Positions 30,981 through 44,379 are shown, numbered from the stretch's first letter. The stretch: 64,000 bases of DNA from an uncultured Arcobacteraceae bacterium (GCA_964022095.1 CAXHZO010000002.1:96001-160000), one strand, 5' to 3'. Notes: generated by a model not told the origin, from the letters alone. Program-made: numbers and translations.

Positions 30981-32154
30981 GAAACAGTATGAGAATATAA
31001 TTATTGGTGCAGGAATTGCCGGTAGCTGTTTAGCTTATTTTATAAGTAAATATAGCGATGATGTAATTTTAATTGATAAAAATGAAGATGTAGCATTTGG
31101 TGCAAGTGGTGCTGCTGGAGCTTTTTTATCTCCACTACTTGGAAAGCCTAATAACTTCAAAGACTTAATAACAAGCTCATTAAAGTTTTCAGTTGATTTT
31201 TATAGAACAAACTTTAGTGAAGATATTACAAGTTGTGGCACATGCAGAATTCCAAAAGATCAAAAAGATAAAGAAAAATTTGATTCATACAAACCTTATA
31301 TGGATTTTGATTATAAAGAGTTTGAAGATGGATATTTTTTTGAAATAGGCAGTGTTGTTAACTCTTATAACATTTGTAAAAAATTAACTAACAATATTCA
31401 AAAGCTTCTAAATTATGAAGTAACTAGTATTGAAAAAATAGATGAATTTTGGATTATTAATAATGAATTAAAAGCTAAAAATCTTTTTTTATGTACAGGT
31501 GCTGATGTTTCATTGATTAATGAAAAGTATGTAAAAATTAGAGCTGTATGGGGTCAAAAAATTGATGTTAAAACAAGTAATACAATAAATGTAAATTATC
31601 ACAAAGCTTGTTCAATTTCTGTATCAAAACCTCTAGCTAATGAGAATAAAAGTCTCATTTCAATTGGAGCTACCCACAATAGATTTGATAAAGATATGTC
31701 AAATAGTAGTTATAACTTAAAACTTAAAAATATTAATAAAATAGACCATGATAGTAATACCCAATCAATTATGAAAGAAGATTGCGAAAAACTATTAGAG
31801 TTAGCAAATGATATAAAGCCATTAAAAAATGTTGAAATTGTTGATATAAAAATTGGTGCAAGGGCTTCAAGCAATGATTATTTTCCTGTAGTTGGAAAAC
31901 TTGTTGATTCTAAAAGCTCTTTTGATAATTTTCCACATTTGATTAATGGTTCTTTTATTAAAGATGACAAGTTAAAAATGATAGATAATTTATTTATATT
32001 AAATGGTGTAGGTGGAAGAGGGTATGTTTTATCTCCATACCTTGCTTATAATTTAGTTGAAAGTATATATAATAATAAAAAACTAAAAGAAGAAATCACA
32101 AGTTATAGACTTTTTAAAAGATGGGCAAAAAGGATTAAAAACAGTGATAATTAA
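30973..32154 (+). CDS. FAD-dependent oxidoreductase, stand-alone MnmC oxidase-like domain
   Basis: IIGAGIAG, GASGAAGA, IGATH, GARAS...PVVG, NGVGGRG. Confidence 0.8.
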   Translation: MSKKQYENIIIGAGIAGSCLAYFISKYSDDVILIDKNEDVAFGASGAAGAFLSPLLGKPNNFKDLITSSLKFSVDFYRTNFSEDITSCGTCRIPKDQKDKEKFDSYKPYMDFDYKEFEDGYFFEIGSVVNSYNICKKLTNNIQKLLNYEVTSIEKIDEFWIINNELKAKNLFLCTGADVSLINEKYVKIRAVWGQKIDVKTSNTINVNYHKACSISVSKPLANENKSLISIGATHNRFDKDMSNSSYNLKLKNINKIDHDSNTQSIMKEDCEKLLELANDIKPLKNVEIVDIKIGARASSNDYFPVVGKLVDSKSSFDNFPHLINGSFIKDDKLKMIDNLFILNGVGGRGYVLSPYLAYNLVESIYNNKKLKEEITSYRLFKRWAKRIKNSDN

Positions 32155-32166
32155 TTTGGAGTTTAA

Positions 32167-32739
32167 ATGAAAAATATATTAAAGATTGTTTTTTTAGGAG
32201 TTTTAGGGTTTGGATTACTTGTTTATCTAACTGCTCCTTCAAATCCAAATAAAACTAAGACTGTTTATTCTGGTAAAACTACACTTGATTCTTTTCCAAG
32301 ATTTTTTGATGTAGTTTCAAAAGGTGAATATACAAAATTTCAGGATATATTCAATGGCAAAAAACAATATTTAGTTGTTTTAAATCATGATTGTCTAGCT
32401 GTATTTAAAGATTTATATAAATATACAGATAAAGATATTGTTTTAGCTGCAAATATATCAAATACTCCATGGTTAATAAAAAAGCTTGCTGTTGATGGAA
32501 AACTAACAGAGTTATATCAAGAGTCAAAACTACCTTTAATTAATGATAGTAAGGGTCTTATCTCTACGATTTTAAATATTGAAGACAATACTCAAAATAG
32601 TTATATTGTTTATGAAATTGATGAAAATAAACAGATTAATAAACTATTTACTGGTAAAGTTAAATTAAATGCTCTTCAAGATGGTATAACAAAAGAAGAG
32701 ATAAAAAAAGATTTAGATACTTTTTTATCTAAAATATAA
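32167..32739 (+). CDS. Membrane-anchored hypothetical protein
   Basis: N-terminal TM, GGAG RBS. Confidence 0.7.
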   Translation: MKNILKIVFLGVLGFGLLVYLTAPSNPNKTKTVYSGKTTLDSFPRFFDVVSKGEYTKFQDIFNGKKQYLVVLNHDCLAVFKDLYKYTDKDIVLAANISNTPWLIKKLAVDGKLTELYQESKLPLINDSKGLISTILNIEDNTQNSYIVYEIDENKQINKLFTGKVKLNALQDGITKEEIKKDLDTFLSKI

Positions 32740-32749
32740 ATGAACTCAA

Positions 32750-33028
32750 TTAAGAGTTCATTTTTCCTATTGCGCAAGAAACAAAACTCTTAGCTGTTGT
32801 TGTGGCTTTTTGAATACCACTTAATTCATCTGTTGTTAAAGGATATCCCAAACTTCTAAGTTTTGTTTTTAAATCTTCTATTTTTTCATCATTTATATCA
32901 AGTGTGATTTTTCTAGGATTTACTTCTAAATCCACTTCAACATTGCCAAACTCTTCTTTTAGTGATGATGTTAAAGTATTTGCACATCCTCCACATTTTA
33001 CATTTAATACTTCAAATGTTTGTTTCAT
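32750..33028 (-). CDS. Heavy-metal-associated (HMA) domain protein
   Basis: VKCGGCAN; C-terminal AKSFVSCAIG. Confidence 0.9.
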   Translation of the reverse strand: MKQTFEVLNVKCGGCANTLTSSLKEEFGNVEVDLEVNPRKITLDINDEKIEDLKTKLRSLGYPLTTDELSGIQKATTTAKSFVSCAIGKMNS

Positions 33029-33092
33029 GATTTGACCTTTTATTTTTATTATACAGTTTTTTTGTGTAAGAAGTGTTGAGAATTTTAGGCAT

Positions 33093-33123
33093 AAAAAAAG
33101 GTAAAGCTAAAGCTTTACCTTTT
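33093..33123 (-). terminator. Intrinsic terminator of icd
   Basis: aaaaggtaaagct-aa-agctttacctttt hairpin running into T7 on the minus strand. Confidence 0.85.
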
Positions 33124-33141
33124 AATAATTAGAGGGATTAA

Positions 33142-35355
<2,214 letters not shown>

Positions 35356-35415
35356 TTAAAGATAGGATATAATAGCCATATTTGATTTTAAGCTTAATGA
35401 AAGTGCATAGGTTTT

Positions 35416-35455
35416 TTTATTGTGAAATTTTGTTGTTTCAAAATTTCACAATAAA
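35416..35455. repeat. Perfect 17-bp inverted repeat between mltG and icd
   Basis: tttattgtgaaattttg-ttgttt-caaaatttcacaataaa. Confidence 0.9.
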
Positions 35456-36577
35456 TTAGTTGATATTTTTGAAAAGACTTTTAATTGATGTTGGCTTTTG
35501 CTCGCTTACATCGGTTTTCATGATTTTTTTTGCTTCTTTATCAATAGAAGTTTCAACTTTTTTTTGTTTTGTATAACTTTTTGGAACACCTCTATTTGCA
35601 TTTATACTATTTACGTGACTGTTATAGTTTGTAGAAAACTTATGAAGTCCAGTTCTATTATCTCTCACAAAGTATAGGTATTTACTTTTTACAGGGAAGA
35701 TTGCTGCTTTAATGGCATTTAAACTTACAGCACAAACAGGATTTTTTGGAAGACCTGTATATTTGTAAGTATTATAAGAAGTTTTATCCTCATCAATTCT
35801 TTTTGCTGTTACTTTTTGGTGCGAATACTTTCCATAGTTTAACGTTCCATCCATTTGAAGTTTCATTCCACGTCTTAATCTATTGTGAATAACACTTGAA
35901 ACAATTGGCATTTCATCTTCATTTGCAGCTTCTTTTTGTATTACAGATGCTAAACTTAAATAATAGTACCATTTTTTCTTATCATAGTATCCGAAAATCT
36001 TTTTGGAAAACTTTTCATATCTTTTATTTGATTGTGATAATAAATAGAAAATTAAATGATCTTCTTTCATTCCATATGGTAATGAGTATGTGTCTGCTAA
36101 TATATTTCCATCAGCTTTATATGCATATTTATCATAGATTACTTTTAGTTTTTCTTCTGATAAATTAAATTCTTTTGCTAATTGTTTTAAAAATACATAG
36201 GAAGTTTCACCTGGAATTAAAGTGATAGTTTTTAATGCAGCTTTAGATGTTGTAAGCTTATACAAAAAATCCATTTTTGTAAGTTCATTGTCTTCAATGT
36301 TGATCCAACCACTTTGAATGTAACCTAAAAATCTTAAAACTACATTATCAATAATATTCATATCATAACCATTTTTGTTTAGGTAAGATATGGTATCATT
36401 TGTAGTGCCTTTAGGAATAAATAAAACTTTTGTAGAGTTTACTGGCATAGTAATATAAAATAGTATAACAATACTACAAACAAGGATAAACTCCGTAATG
36501 CTAAAGACTACTAAACTTTTATTAGTTTTACTTTTTTTAATCTTAATATCTTCAATTTCACTACTGTTTTCAGGCAT
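35456..36577 (-). CDS. mltG: Endolytic transglycosylase MltG
   Basis: LASVIQKE, NRLRRGMKLQMDGT, SYNTYKYTGLP, YLYFV. Confidence 0.95.
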   Translation of the reverse strand: MPENSSEIEDIKIKKSKTNKSLVVFSITEFILVCSIVILFYITMPVNSTKVLFIPKGTTNDTISYLNKNGYDMNIIDNVVLRFLGYIQSGWINIEDNELTKMDFLYKLTTSKAALKTITLIPGETSYVFLKQLAKEFNLSEEKLKVIYDKYAYKADGNILADTYSLPYGMKEDHLIFYLLSQSNKRYEKFSKKIFGYYDKKKWYYYLSLASVIQKEAANEDEMPIVSSVIHNRLRRGMKLQMDGTLNYGKYSHQKVTAKRIDEDKTSYNTYKYTGLPKNPVCAVSLNAIKAAIFPVKSKYLYFVRDNRTGLHKFSTNYNSHVNSINANRGVPKSYTKQKKVETSIDKEAKKIMKTDVSEQKPTSIKSLFKNIN

Positions 36578-39425
36578 AAAAATAGACTCTTTCTCTTTGG
36601 GTAATTTTTCAGTTTCGCAATTTTATATAAAATTGGATAAAAAGCTTATTGTAGATGTTGAAAAAATAACTTATAAATCAAAAAAGTCACAAGCTGTTAG
36701 CTCCTTTGAGGATATAAAAAAAGATATTGAACTTTTACCAAAAATATTAAAAATCTTCGAAAGAATCAATGTTGAGCGTTTAGTTATAGATGGAAATGCT
36801 TTTACATTACAATTAAATGAGCACAATGTTTATTTAGATAATAAACTTATAAATATATCTTCTAAAATTGATATTTCATCAAACCAAGTTGTTTTAGATC
36901 TATATTCTTTATACTTAAAAGATATAAATTTACTTCTTTTAGGAAAAGTAAAAATTGATTACTTTAATGAAAAAGTAAACTATTATGGATCTTATAAAAA
37001 AGATGATTTAGCAGGTAATATTAAAGTAGATGCTACAAAAGATTTAATGAATTTTTATTTAGATTCTCAAGCTTTTAAGAGTTTAAAGTTTTTAAAACAA
37101 TATTTCAGATTAGATAATATTGCTGAATCATGGATGTATGATAATGTTCAAGGTGATATAAAATTAAAAGAGTTTTACGGAAGCTTTGATATTAAAAACA
37201 ATAAGATTTTATTTGATAGTTTAAAGGGTAATGCTACTATTGACAATGCAAAAATAAAATTTCATAAAAATGTTAATGCAATTGATACAAAAAGTATAGA
37301 TTTAAATTATGACAAAGATACTTTAACATTTACTTTAAATGAACCAAAATATAAAAACATTCCAATGACTGGAAGTAATGTTGTTATTCGTAATTTAACA
37401 AGTGAAAAAAATGGTGAAGTCGAAATTAATATAAAAGCAAAAGCTAGATTAAATAATGATGTTCATCAAATATTAAAAGCTTATAATATAAATATTCCTT
37501 TAGTTCAAAAATCTGGAACTACAAATGCTAATTTAAAATTAATTTTTCCATATTTAAGTTCAAAAAAAATGACTACAAAAGGTTCTTTTGATGTTAAAAA
37601 TGCCAATGTATTAATAAATAAATTTGAATTTTTCTCAAAAAGTGCAAAGGTACAGCTTGATGGGTCTATAGTAAATATTAAAAAAGCAAGTTTCAAACAT
37701 AAAAAAATGATTGATGCAGTTGTTGATATGAGCTTAGATGTGAAAACATTAAAAGCAAAAGGTAATACTTATATAAACTCTTTTTTCATAGCAAATGAAG
37801 ATGAAATTGTAAATGTAAAAAAATTTAGAACACCAATATCTTTTGATTTTAATGAAAAAGTAGAAATAGATTTAGATAAATTAAAAACAAATGTTTTAAT
37901 AAATGATTTAATTTATGTAGATATAAAAGATTTATCTATTTTATATCCGTATTCAAAGCTGTTAAAAGATAATTCTTTAAAAGCAGGAAATTTAAAGTTA
38001 AATATAAAAGATGAAAACAATATATCTTTTAAAGGTAATGTTTCTGGTTTAAACTATCCAATATCAAAAAACTCTAAAAATATTACAAGTTTAAGTTTAA
38101 ACGGTACTATAAAAAATAGTGGTTTTTTAATTAATTCAACAGATGGTTTAATAAAATTAGAAAAACAAAACGACAAAACTATGAATATATCCTTAAAAGA
38201 TATTGACATAAATTTAAAAGACCAATCTTCATCAAATAATCAAGTCTTCCCAAAAATAGATGTTAGTTTAAATAACTCAAAATTAATACTGCCAGATGAT
38301 ACGTATAATTTATATAAGGCAAAAGCAAAAATCAATCCAAATATAATCTACTTTGATGCGACAGTTATAGATCTTGATATCCCTTTACAAAAAAATGCAA
38401 AGAAAGTAAGTTCTTTAGATGTAAAAGGAAACTATACGAAAAAGAAAACAGAACTTTATACATACAATAATGATATTAATTTGATTATACAAAATGATGA
38501 TATTTCTATTGATTTAAATGGCTATGATATATTATACAATAGTGAAGATAGTAGCGATGAAGATAGTAAAAAAGATTTTAACTTAACAGCTAAAAATTCA
38601 ACAATTATTATGAATGATAAATATAAGTTTTTATCTGATGCTTTAGAGATAAGATTAAGAGAAAATACAAAATTTTTACACCTAAATTATAAAGATAGTG
38701 ACATTACATTTAAAGAATCAAAAGATAAAGTTATTGATATTTTTGCAAGTGATATTAAAAGTGAATTTATCAATGCAATTTTTAATAAAAAGATTCTAGA
38801 TGGTGGTAAGTTTATGTTCTTAGCTAAAGGAACAATAGATAATCTTGAAGGAAAAATAATTATTGAAAACAGTAAGGTTGAAGATTTAGCTATTTTAAAC
38901 AACCTTTTACTATTTATTCACACAAGTCCTGCATTAATAAACCCATTTTTAGCTATTCCATCTGTTGTTGGAATGGCTACAAATGGTGGCTTTGATTTAA
39001 ATGGTTATAAAATCACAAATGGAAATATAAATTTTAACTATAGTAAAAGTAAAGAAAGTCTAAAAATAAAAAAACTAGTAACAGTAGGAAACGGTATTGA
39101 TTTTGATGGTTCAGGAGATATAAATTTAAAAGATATGTCTTTAGATTCAAAGATAAAACTAATTTTCTTAAAAGATTACTCTAATATTGTTGGGTCTATT
39201 CCTATTTTAAATTATGTTGTTTTGGGTGATGATAATAGAGTGGAAACAGAAGTTGATGTTTTTGGAGCATTAAATAACCCTAAAATTACTACAAACTTAA
39301 CTAAAGATACATTTAGCGTACCTTTAAATATCGCTAAAAGAGTATTACAAAGTCCTGCAAGATTATTAGAGTTTTTAAAAGGAAAAGAAGAGAATACAAA
39401 GCCAATAAATAAGCCTAAAGAATAG
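36498..39425 (+). CDS. AsmA/YhdP-like envelope protein
   Basis: N-terminal TM, long beta-rich body, AsmA-like C-terminus (GSIPILNYVVLG...FGALNNP). Confidence 0.82.
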   Translation: MLKTTKLLLVLLFLILISSISLLFSGIKIDSFSLGNFSVSQFYIKLDKKLIVDVEKITYKSKKSQAVSSFEDIKKDIELLPKILKIFERINVERLVIDGNAFTLQLNEHNVYLDNKLINISSKIDISSNQVVLDLYSLYLKDINLLLLGKVKIDYFNEKVNYYGSYKKDDLAGNIKVDATKDLMNFYLDSQAFKSLKFLKQYFRLDNIAESWMYDNVQGDIKLKEFYGSFDIKNNKILFDSLKGNATIDNAKIKFHKNVNAIDTKSIDLNYDKDTLTFTLNEPKYKNIPMTGSNVVIRNLTSEKNGEVEINIKAKARLNNDVHQILKAYNINIPLVQKSGTTNANLKLIFPYLSSKKMTTKGSFDVKNANVLINKFEFFSKSAKVQLDGSIVNIKKASFKHKKMIDAVVDMSLDVKTLKAKGNTYINSFFIANEDEIVNVKKFRTPISFDFNEKVEIDLDKLKTNVLINDLIYVDIKDLSILYPYSKLLKDNSLKAGNLKLNIKDENNISFKGNVSGLNYPISKNSKNITSLSLNGTIKNSGFLINSTDGLIKLEKQNDKTMNISLKDIDINLKDQSSSNNQVFPKIDVSLNNSKLILPDDTYNLYKAKAKINPNIIYFDATVIDLDIPLQKNAKKVSSLDVKGNYTKKKTELYTYNNDINLIIQNDDISIDLNGYDILYNSEDSSDEDSKKDFNLTAKNSTIIMNDKYKFLSDALEIRLRENTKFLHLNYKDSDITFKESKDKVIDIFASDIKSEFINAIFNKKILDGGKFMFLAKGTIDNLEGKIIIENSKVEDLAILNNLLLFIHTSPALINPFLAIPSVVGMATNGGFDLNGYKITNGNINFNYSKSKESLKIKKLVTVGNGIDFDGSGDINLKDMSLDSKIKLIFLKDYSNIVGSIPILNYVVLGDDNRVETEVDVFGALNNPKITTNLTKDTFSVPLNIAKRVLQSPARLLEFLKGKEENTKPINKPKE

Positions 39426-39432
39426 GGCTTAT

Positions 39433-40638
39433 TTATTCATTTCTTAATACATCAATAACATCAATTTTTGTAGCTTTCTTAGCTGGATAGTATGACGATA
39501 AGATTACAATTACTACTGCTCCAACTACAATTGAAATAAAATCACTCATTGCTAAGTCAAGTGGAAGTTTAGCAGTACCATAAACATCAGCTGGTAAAGA
39601 AACAATATCAAATGTATCTAAAAGCCAATATCCAAAAAATCCTAATGCAATACCTGTTAAAATACCAGAAAAACCAATAATAGTTCCAACTCGTAAGAAT
39701 ATTGTTTTAATCTCTTTTGTTGTTGCACCCATAGATAAAAGTAGGGCGATTTCTTTTCTTCTACTCATAACAGTCATTAAAAGTGATGAAATGATGTTAA
39801 GTGATGCTACTAAAATAATTAGCATTAAAACTATAAATAAGGCAGTTTTTTCCATTTTCATAGCTGCAAAGAAGTTTCCATTTTGTTGCCACCAACCAAC
39901 AACTCCAGCTCCATCATCTTTTAATGTAGCTCTTACTTTTTCAATATCACTAAATGCATCATTTGAGAAAACATGAATTCCATCATAAGTTCCCTTAGGT
40001 TTTTTAAGTAAAGTTTGTAAAGCTTCAATTGAAGTATACATATATGCTTTATCATAAGCATTTAATCCAGAAGTAAAAGAGTTTTTATATGTAAATCTTT
40101 TCATCTTAGGCATCATAGAAAAACCAGTAGGGTTTAATTCTGTAAAATATAAAGTTGCTTTAACACCACTATTTAAATATAGTTTATCAGAGATTCCTAC
40201 CCCTGTAATCATGTCATATTTATTTAGAGTTTGATTTTCTATTGCTTTTGCATATATAGAATTTATTTGAGCTTCTTTTTGAGGAATTACACCAAAAATC
40301 ATTCCTCCACTCATGGCATCACCACTTTGTACAATCGCTTGTGATGAAATAAAAGGTGAAAACTTTAAATCTTTATATTCATTTTGAAGTTTTGCCAAAA
40401 GCTCTTCATTTAATGAGTCTTTAAATTTTGGATAAATAGTTAAAGGGTAGTTCATAGTAAAAAGTTTCTTCTCAAACTCTTTTGCAGTACCATTCATAAT
40501 TGCCATTGATAAAATAAGAACCATAACACCAATACTTACCCCTAAAAATGCTAAGATAGCACTAATAGAGATAAAAGGGTTCTTTTTATCAAACTTAAGA
40601 TATTTTTTTACAATGAAGTTTACTAACTTTTTATTCAA
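39433..40638 (-). CDS. Lipoprotein-releasing ABC permease (LolC/E/F family)
   Basis: AIMNG, WWQQNGNFFAAMKMEK, RRKEIALLLSMGA, YYPAKKA. Confidence 0.93.
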   Translation of the reverse strand: MNKKLVNFIVKKYLKFDKKNPFISISAILAFLGVSIGVMVLILSMAIMNGTAKEFEKKLFTMNYPLTIYPKFKDSLNEELLAKLQNEYKDLKFSPFISSQAIVQSGDAMSGGMIFGVIPQKEAQINSIYAKAIENQTLNKYDMITGVGISDKLYLNSGVKATLYFTELNPTGFSMMPKMKRFTYKNSFTSGLNAYDKAYMYTSIEALQTLLKKPKGTYDGIHVFSNDAFSDIEKVRATLKDDGAGVVGWWQQNGNFFAAMKMEKTALFIVLMLIILVASLNIISSLLMTVMSRRKEIALLLSMGATTKEIKTIFLRVGTIIGFSGILTGIALGFFGYWLLDTFDIVSLPADVYGTAKLPLDLAMSDFISIVVGAVVIVILSSYYPAKKATKIDVIDVLRNE

Positions 40639-40639
40639 A

Positions 40640-43258
40640 TTAGTTTCCTGATGCTAAACCTCTTTTAGGTCCACTTTTTCCACAACATTGTTTGAATTTT
40701 TTTCCACTTCCACAAGGACAAGGATCATTTCTAGCAATTTTTTTATCACTAGAAGCAACTTCTGCTTGAGCTACATTTGTAGTTACATTTTCAGTTGAGC
40801 TTTCCATCTCTTCTTTCATCTTTTCTAATGCTTCTTGCTCTTTTTTTGCATCCTCTTGACTTTGAAGTTGAATAGTAAATAGTACTTTGATAATCTCATG
40901 TTTAATGTTATTGATAAACTCAATAAACATATTATAAGACTCTTTTTTATACTCAACTAATGGATCTTTTTGGTTATAACCTCTAAGTCCAATACCTGCT
41001 TTTAATGTATCCATTGCATATAAGTGATCTCTCCATGCTTTATCTAAAATTTGTAAGTATAAAATTCTTTCAATTTCACTTTTTTGCTCACTTGCAGCAA
41101 CAGACATTTTCTGTACATACACTTCTTTTATTATGTTGATCAGTTTTTCTTCTAATTCTTCATAAGATTCACTTTGGATATCTTCTTGTGTTACAACTAA
41201 GTGTAACTCTTCTTGTAGTTTTAATTTAACAAATTCATAGTTGAAATCTTCACTTGGCATACCTTCAATTATCTCTGCATTTGCTAAAAGATTTGCAACA
41301 TAATCAGCTCTATTTTCATCAAGTTTTTCATCAATTGCATAATCAGGTTTTAAAAGGTTATTTCTAAAGTTGTATACAACTTTTCTTTGTTCATTTGCAA
41401 CATCATCATATTCAAGTAAGTGTTTTCTTGATTCAAAATGCATTGTTTCAACTTTTTTCTGTGCATTTTCAACGGCTCTTGTAACCATTTTTGATTCAAT
41501 ATGCTCACCTTCTTCAATACCAAGTCTTTCCATTATGCCTTTGATTTTATCACTACCAAAAATTCTAAGCAGGTTATCTTCTAAAGATAAATAAAATTGA
41601 GATACACCAACATCACCTTGTCTTCCGGCACGTCCTCTTAACTGATTATCAATTCTTCTTGATTCATGTCTTTCAGTTCCTATAATTGCTAAACCACCAA
41701 GATCTAAAATTTCTTGTGTTAATTTAATATCAACACCACGTCCAGCCATATTTGTAGCAATTGTTACTGCACCTTTTTGACCAGCATCTTGAATAATTTT
41801 ACCTTCTTTTTCATGTTGTTTTGCATTTAAAACTGTGTGAGGTATTTTCTTTTCACTTAATATTTTATGTAAAGCTTCAGATTTTTCAATTGATGCAGTA
41901 CCAACAAGAACTGGTTGTCCTTTTTCATGTAACTCTTTGATTTTGTCACAAACTGCATTGAACTTTTCTCTTTCACTTTTGAAAATCAAGTCATTTTTAT
42001 CATCTCTTCTTACAGGAACATTTGTTGGTATAGATACAACATCTAAGTTATAAATTTCTGCAAACTCAGTTGCTTCAGTTTGAGCAGTACCAGTCATACC
42101 TGCAAGTTTGTCATACATTCTAAAATAGTTTTGGAAAGTAATATCTGCTAATGTTTGTGATTCATCTTGGATTGCAACACCTTCTTTTGCTTCTAATGCT
42201 TGGTGTAAACCTTCACTAAATCTTCTTCCTTCACTTAATCTTCCTGTAAATTCATCAACAATGATGATCTCATTGTCTTTTACTACATAATCAACATCTT
42301 TTTCAAAAACATTATTTGCTTTTAGTGCTTGATCAAGAGAGTGAGAAAGCATTGCATTTTCTATTGAGTATAGATTATCTACACCAAATAATTTTTCTGC
42401 ATTTTCATGGCCTTGTTCAGTTAAAACTACAGATTTGTTTTTTTCATCAACATAATAATCACCAGTAGTAGTTGGCTTTTGATCTGCTTTTTTAGGTTCA
42501 ATTAATTCACCTTTTTCAAGTTGAACAGCAATTTGATGTGCTGCTACATAATTTGAATTTTTGTGGTTTGTTGGTCCTGAAATAATAAGTGGAGTTCTAG
42601 CTTCATCAATTAAAATCGAGTCAACTTCATCAACGATAACAAAACTATGATCTCTTTGAACTTTTTCTTCAATATCATAGTTCATATTATCTCTTAGATA
42701 ATCAAACCCAAACTCATTGTTTGTTCCATATGTTATATCAGATGCATATTGAGCTCTTCTTTGCTCATCATCTTTTAAATTTCCAACAATAGCACCCACA
42801 CTGTATCCTAAGAAATTATATAGAGGTTTTAATTCTTCTGCATCCCTTGAAGCTAAGTAGTCATTTACTGTAACTACATGAACACCTTTTCCTGATAAGG
42901 CATTTAACGAAACTGCTAATGATCCAACTAAAGTTTTACCTTCACCTGTTTTCATTTCAGCAATTCTTCCTTCATGTAAAACCATCGCACCAACTAATTG
43001 AACATCATATGGTCTCATATTTAAAGCTCTTTTACTAGCTTCTCTTGTGATTGCAAATGACTCATCTAAAACTTCATCTAATGATTTTTCTTCATTTTGT
43101 ACAAGTTGTTTTAATTTATTAAACTCATTTTGTAGTTCTTCATCTGATAAATTCTCATACTTACTCTCAAGCAAATTGATTGCTTGAGCTCTTTTTATAT
43201 ATTTTTTTACTTCTCTATCATTTTTCGTACCAAAAATCTTTGAAAAAACATTTAACAT
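40640..43258 (-). CDS. secA: Preprotein translocase ATPase SecA
   Basis: [38 protein letters not shown] motif [14 protein letters not shown]. Confidence 0.99.
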   Translation of the reverse strand: MLNVFSKIFGTKNDREVKKYIKRAQAINLLESKYENLSDEELQNEFNKLKQLVQNEEKSLDEVLDESFAITREASKRALNMRPYDVQLVGAMVLHEGRIAEMKTGEGKTLVGSLAVSLNALSGKGVHVVTVNDYLASRDAEELKPLYNFLGYSVGAIVGNLKDDEQRRAQYASDITYGTNNEFGFDYLRDNMNYDIEEKVQRDHSFVIVDEVDSILIDEARTPLIISGPTNHKNSNYVAAHQIAVQLEKGELIEPKKADQKPTTTGDYYVDEKNKSVVLTEQGHENAEKLFGVDNLYSIENAMLSHSLDQALKANNVFEKDVDYVVKDNEIIIVDEFTGRLSEGRRFSEGLHQALEAKEGVAIQDESQTLADITFQNYFRMYDKLAGMTGTAQTEATEFAEIYNLDVVSIPTNVPVRRDDKNDLIFKSEREKFNAVCDKIKELHEKGQPVLVGTASIEKSEALHKILSEKKIPHTVLNAKQHEKEGKIIQDAGQKGAVTIATNMAGRGVDIKLTQEILDLGGLAIIGTERHESRRIDNQLRGRAGRQGDVGVSQFYLSLEDNLLRIFGSDKIKGIMERLGIEEGEHIESKMVTRAVENAQKKVETMHFESRKHLLEYDDVANEQRKVVYNFRNNLLKPDYAIDEKLDENRADYVANLLANAEIIEGMPSEDFNYEFVKLKLQEELHLVVTQEDIQSESYEELEEKLINIIKEVYVQKMSVAASEQKSEIERILYLQILDKAWRDHLYAMDTLKAGIGLRGYNQKDPLVEYKKESYNMFIEFINNIKHEIIKVLFTIQLQSQEDAKKEQEALEKMKEEMESSTENVTTNVAQAEVASSDKKIARNDPCPCGSGKKFKQCCGKSGPKRGLASGN

Positions 43259-43314
43259 AAAATAATTTCCTTTTCGTTATAATCGTTAGATTATATAAAA
43301 AAAAAGGTTAAAGA

Positions 43315-43842
43315 ATGTTTTATAAATTAGTGTTTGTATTTATTCTATCAATAAGTGCTGTAAATGCCGTAGAAAACATAAAAGATTTAAAAAGCTTTAA
43401 AGCAAATTTCTCACAAACAATTAAATCAACAAATGGAAATAAAATTAACTATGAAGGTGAAGTTTATATCAAAGATGATGGAAAAATATTATGGAAATAT
43501 AAAACTCCAATAATAAAAAATGTTTATATTTTAAAAGATTATGCAATTGTAGATGAACCAGAATTAGAACAAGCAATTTTCACTCAGTTACAAAATGAAA
43601 TTAATGTAATTAAACTTTTAAATAATTCAAAAAAAATAAATGAAACATCTTATGTTTCAAAAATAGATGATATAGATTATTTAATAGAATTTAAAAAAAG
43701 TAAAATAAATACTATTTCTTATAAAGATAAGCTAGACAATAATGTTGTAATAAGTTTTAACAATACAGTCGAAAATAGTGATATTAATGAGCAATTATTT
43801 AAATTTACTGCGCCTGATTATTATGACATAATCCGAAAATAA
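43315..43842 (+). CDS. lolA: Lipoprotein carrier LolA
   Basis: SFKANFSQ, WKYKTP, DEPELEQA, FKFTAP; divergent from secA. Confidence 0.9.
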   Translation: MFYKLVFVFILSISAVNAVENIKDLKSFKANFSQTIKSTNGNKINYEGEVYIKDDGKILWKYKTPIIKNVYILKDYAIVDEPELEQAIFTQLQNEINVIKLLNNSKKINETSYVSKIDDIDYLIEFKKSKINTISYKDKLDNNVVISFNNTVENSDINEQLFKFTAPDYYDIIRK

Positions 43843-43866
43843 ATAAACTTTCGCTAAAATTCTGCC

Positions 43867-44187
43867 TTGGTAAACCTGACAATAGCTTGTTAATTCAAGA
43901 GGAAAGTCCGGGCTGCAGTGAAGTAGAGTTCCATCTAAAGGATGGCTAGGGCAACCTAAGGGATAGTGCAACAGAAAGTAGACAGCCAATTTATTGGTGA
44001 TGGTGAAACGGAGAGGTAAGAGCTCCCCAGACTTTTGAGTAATCTTAAGTGCTTTGTAAACCCAACTCGCAGCAAGAAGACCTGGTATAGAACTTCACAT
44101 TTTTGGTCTTTGCAAGATTAGCTAAGTAATTTGCTAACTAGATAAATTATTGTCTTAAAAACAGAACGCGGCTTATGGGTTTACCAA
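43867..44187 (+). ncRNA. rnpB: RNase P RNA (type A)
   Basis: GAGGAAAGTCCGGGCT, AGTGCAACAGAAAG, GGTGAAACG...GGTAAGAG, TAAACCC, ACAGAAC..GGCTTA; terminal helix ttggtaaacc/ggtttaccaa. Confidence 0.96.
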
Positions 44188-44344
44188 TTTAACTCTTTTT
44201 TTTAAATATCCAAAATATATCTTAATATTATTTAATTTTTCCATTTATACTTTTTATTATTTATTTTATACTTTATATTATTATATTTTAGTTATATGAG
44301 AATTTTATCAACATTATTCCTCAAAATTTTGTGATTTTATGATT

Positions 44345-44379
44345 ATTGAGTCATTTCTGAGACATTTTTATAATATAAT
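44345..44379 (+). promoter_or_regulatory. 35-bp element copy 1, including a TATAAT box, upstream of the PAS/MCP operon
   Basis: attgagtcatttctgagacatttttataatataat; 34/35 identical to the reverse complement of 51968-52002. Confidence 0.75.

Noticed and set aside
43795-43989. 64-aa minus-strand ORF
   Set aside because: Antisense to the RNase P RNA; spurious.
44345-44367. TTGAGTCA resembling a HAIR half-site
   Set aside because: No ACTCAAG-like second half at N7 spacing.
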